A stretch of 64,000 nt of DNA from Asterias rubens (lineage: Eukaryota). Where the stretch lies: the NCBI RefSeq assembly GCF_902459465.1, contig NC_047075.1, forward strand, positions 9,486,001 to 9,550,000, given 5' to 3'. The translations under genes were made by a program, and so were the position numbers. Below the pieces are notes generated by a model. It did no database searches. It saw nothing but the letters and a program-made list of their open reading frames with translations, and was not told the origin of the DNA. This document shows, piece by piece, positions 60,801 through 64,000 of the stretch; positions within the stretch are counted from its first letter, which is position 1, and each line of letters begins with the position of its first letter.

Positions 60801-63017
60801 CGAGACCTCAAATTCTAAACTTGAGGTCTCGAAATCAAATTTGTGGAAAATTACTTCTTGCTCGAAAACTGCGTCACTTCAGAGGGAGTCGTTTCTCACA
60901 ATGTTTTATACTACCAACCTCTCCCCAATATTCGTTACCAAGTAAGGTTTTATGCCGATAATTATTTTCAGTAATTACCAATAGTGTCCACTGCCTTTAA
61001 AAACATAATTATTTAAATATGCAGAAAAAAAATAAAAACAAAAAATACATTGTGAATACATTCTCCTGTGCTTTTCAGAAACATTCGCGAAAAGCCCATG
61101 TCATCATCGCACATGTGACGTAATTGGGTGGGAGCTCCTTTTTGTTTTCGCCGCTTTGAGCAATTTTTGAGTGCGAACGTTGACTACTGACCAGTAACGT
61201 ACATGCCCAGTGATCTACTCACTCGAACGACTCATTTGAAAGTCTAGTCAACCATCGGGAACACTCCGTCATACACCTTTCCGCAATAATTACTCGAACG
61301 CCAGCGTAAAGCTAAGATTTAGGTGCACTGTGGTCTAGCTGGTGATCAAAACAGGAGCAGTAAATACATGGCAAAATACTGGGTGCGTTCGTTTAGCTTC
61401 CCTGGGTCGACCCCGGTGTGTGACGAGGTTTTTTTCTGGGACGAACGTGTGCAGATAATTACCCACGTTCGTCCTGGAAAAAACCCGCCACACACCGGGG
61501 TCGACCCAGGGAAGCTGAACGAACGCACCGAATGTATGATACAAATCAAAATGACAAGGGTAATTTGATCCATGGCTATCCCACAACTCATTCAACAGTT
61601 TGCGCTTGCGCAAATGGTATGCGAAAAGTATGGCTTTAGCCGTGGTGTCACTGGTGCCCTCTGCGCTTTACGCGTGTTACCAAGGAACAGGCTACCAGGA
61701 CCACGGAATGAACAATGGTCTTGGCATGGGTCCAACGGTCCAATGGTCAACCAGCCTGGGATCGAATAAAAATAGTCCACCTTTTATAAGTAGGATTTGA
61801 AACACGATATGGAAATAAAGTTGATACACGATATGGAAATAAGGTTTACGGTAACACCATGCAATGAATATCTCTAAATGAGTTGGGTTCTGAAAAAAAA
61901 ACACGTTCGTTTCAAGTCGACGTTTGTATTTGCACACATTTATTTCATTGCTGCCCTACATTTAAACTTACACATTTTACAAAGTTTTATAAATATATTC
62001 AAATTATGAGTAGTTTACAGTATTACTTAGTATCTTAGGATATGAAAGTTTACAATGATTTAGATAGTTATATATTAGGAAGCTTTTAAAGTAGGACAAC
62101 AATTAGGTTAGGGTGAAGCAGAGGCTTTTGTGCCTTAACCTATGGACAGACAAACAACATAAAATACTATACGAAAGAAAGAAAACACAAGACAGACTAG
62201 ACAAACAGAAATACACGACAGAGGCTAATATTTGATGGTGAGTAAGTTAACAATATACTTAAATAAACCTATGAATAAGCATCAAGAAGTTTTTTTTTTT
62301 TTTTTTTTTCTTGTGAATGCAGGAAGAGTGATTGAAGATTTAATTGAGTTAACTCAAATTATTCCAAGACATAACGCCACGTTTCGATCAGTATGCTCCA
62401 AACATAGTGCACGCTCAAACTTGCTCTAATTTGTTGCAACACACAAAGCATCGTCCCTTGACGTCAACGTATTATCAAATTAACGTGCGTCATCAGCGGC
62501 AGAAGTGTTTCTAGTTTTTTTGTTTGGCTGTTTTTCTCTCTCGATAACTACAAGCAGTTTCCAAAAGTATAAATAATATCAAAATTACATGAAACAAAAA
62601 AAACAAACAAATCATAAACAAGTTTGGGGGCTGTCAGGTTAAACATCGCTCATGTAACTTAATTATAGCTGTCTTGAATATATACATATAAAAATAGTTC
62701 TTTAAAAATTATTTTAAATCAAACTTTTTGAATCGGTAAAAGTAAGACTTTCCGAGGTAATATAGCTTGTCTATGTTTACGAATCAATAATATGTTTATA
62801 ATACTTCAATCTTTTCATCGTGTTAATTTTTTGTATTTAAGATTATTATAATCATTCAACAACTTAATATATACATTTTTCGAATTCTATAATTGCATCA
62901 ATAAATCTGTGATTAATAATTCGCTTTAAAAATGTAATTTTATTTGAATTGTTTTATTAAAGGGACACATTGCCTTGGATCGGTTAAGTTGGTCTATGGA
63001 AAGGTTTTGAAACCAAT

Positions 63018-63159
63018 AGGAGACTTTCCAACGCTAGGCGGCAGCAGACATACCGGGTAAATTTCCATTGTTTACGTAGTTCTGAACTTGCGCATAATTC
63101 TGAGAACAATGGATTTACCCGGTAAGTCTGCTGCCCTCTATCGTCCCAGAAAGTCTCCC
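63018..63159. mobile_element. 142-bp MITE with AT TSD (ISL2EU-like)
   Basis: TIR GGAGACTTTC/GAAAGTCTCC plus inner IR; absent from the paralogous site aaccaATtgtt at about 12223. Confidence 0.75.
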
Positions 63160-63494
63160 ATTGTTATAACATGGATATGGTTACACAGTTGTTTTAAAAG
63201 CATAATATAATGATCCACACAAATATGCCTCGAAATTGCAGGGTTTTCTTTTTACGTCTTTTAAAACCCGGACTTGAATGCGGCTGGTCAGAAACACAGA
63301 GTTCGAGTCCAGTGGTCTTCATGGCTCGGCTAAGACAACTCACAATATTTAAATCTGCATATTTGCGTCTGGTTCACTGTGTCTCATATAGTGATCATTC
63401 TACTAGTTACATTTTACATTTTTACATACATTTTGTTCAATAGATTTTTTGTAATTATAAGTGTATGTACATTTTTGCAAAATGAAAATAATTA

Positions 63495-63893
63495 TATAAT
63501 AATATGTTTAAAACTTCAAAATTTCACAATTTAAAACATGATACCTTGGCTATTTAAAGACAGTGGGTACTATTGGTAACTGTCAAAGACCAGTCTTCTC
63601 ACTTGGTGTATATCAACATATTCCTTGAATAATAATATGTTCAAAACTTCAAAATTTCACAATTTAAAACATGATACCTTGGCTATTTAAAGACAGTGGG
63701 TACTATTGGTAACTGTCAAAGACCAGTCTTCTCACTTGGTGTATATCAACATATTCCTTGAATAATAATATGTTCAAAACTTCAAAATTTCACAAGTTAA
63801 AACATGATACCTTGGCTATTTAAAGACAGTGGGTACTATTGGTAACTGTCAAAGACCAGTCTTCTCACTTGGTGTATATCAACATTATTCCTT
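63495..63893 (+). repeat. 133-bp tandem triplication
   Basis: Anchor tatgtt at 63503, 63636, 63769; single copy in paralog A near 12565-12690. Confidence 0.9.
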
Positions 63894-64000
63894 AAATAAG
63901 AAACATGTAAAAATTTGAGCGCGGTTGCTCGTTGGAGTTGCGAGATGAAAGAAAAAAACACCCATGTCACACGAAGCTGTGTGCTTTTAGATGGTTGATT

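Larger units (their letters stand above)
57474..64000 (+). repeat. Segmental duplication copy B (runs off the window)
   Basis: Direct-orientation match to copy A; carries the empty Gypsy site, a 142-bp MITE and a 133-bp triplication not present in A. Confidence 0.95.

Overview
Eukaryotic, AT-rich, repeat-dense genomic DNA with spliceosomal introns; an invertebrate deuterostome such as a sea star is my inference from gene content and repeat style, not verified. There is no rRNA, CRISPR array or prokaryotic operon. Main content: (1) an intact, very young Ty3/Gypsy LTR retrotransposon (2109-8041, minus) with a PHD finger between RNase H and integrase; its empty insertion site is present in a paralogous copy at 58850; (2) a minus-strand 2OG-Fe(II) oxygenase gene (5 exons, 13894-19688, first exon not found); (3) a plus-strand 16-exon GRL101/LGR type C-like GPCR (23802-52265, about 1244 aa) with signal peptide-(CUB-LDLa)x4-LDLa-LRRNT-LRRs-7TM, built by recent intragenic exon-pair duplication and carrying an R3.50C change in the DRY position; (4) a direct segmental duplication (about 234-12800 vs 57474-64000); (5) many transposon derivatives: deleted Polinton-like, Helentron-like, Crypton-like, hAT, Harbinger, ISL2EU-like and TTAA MITEs, a solo LTR, an RTE LINE relic and SINEs. 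All coordinates and counts were read by eye and may be off by a few bases.
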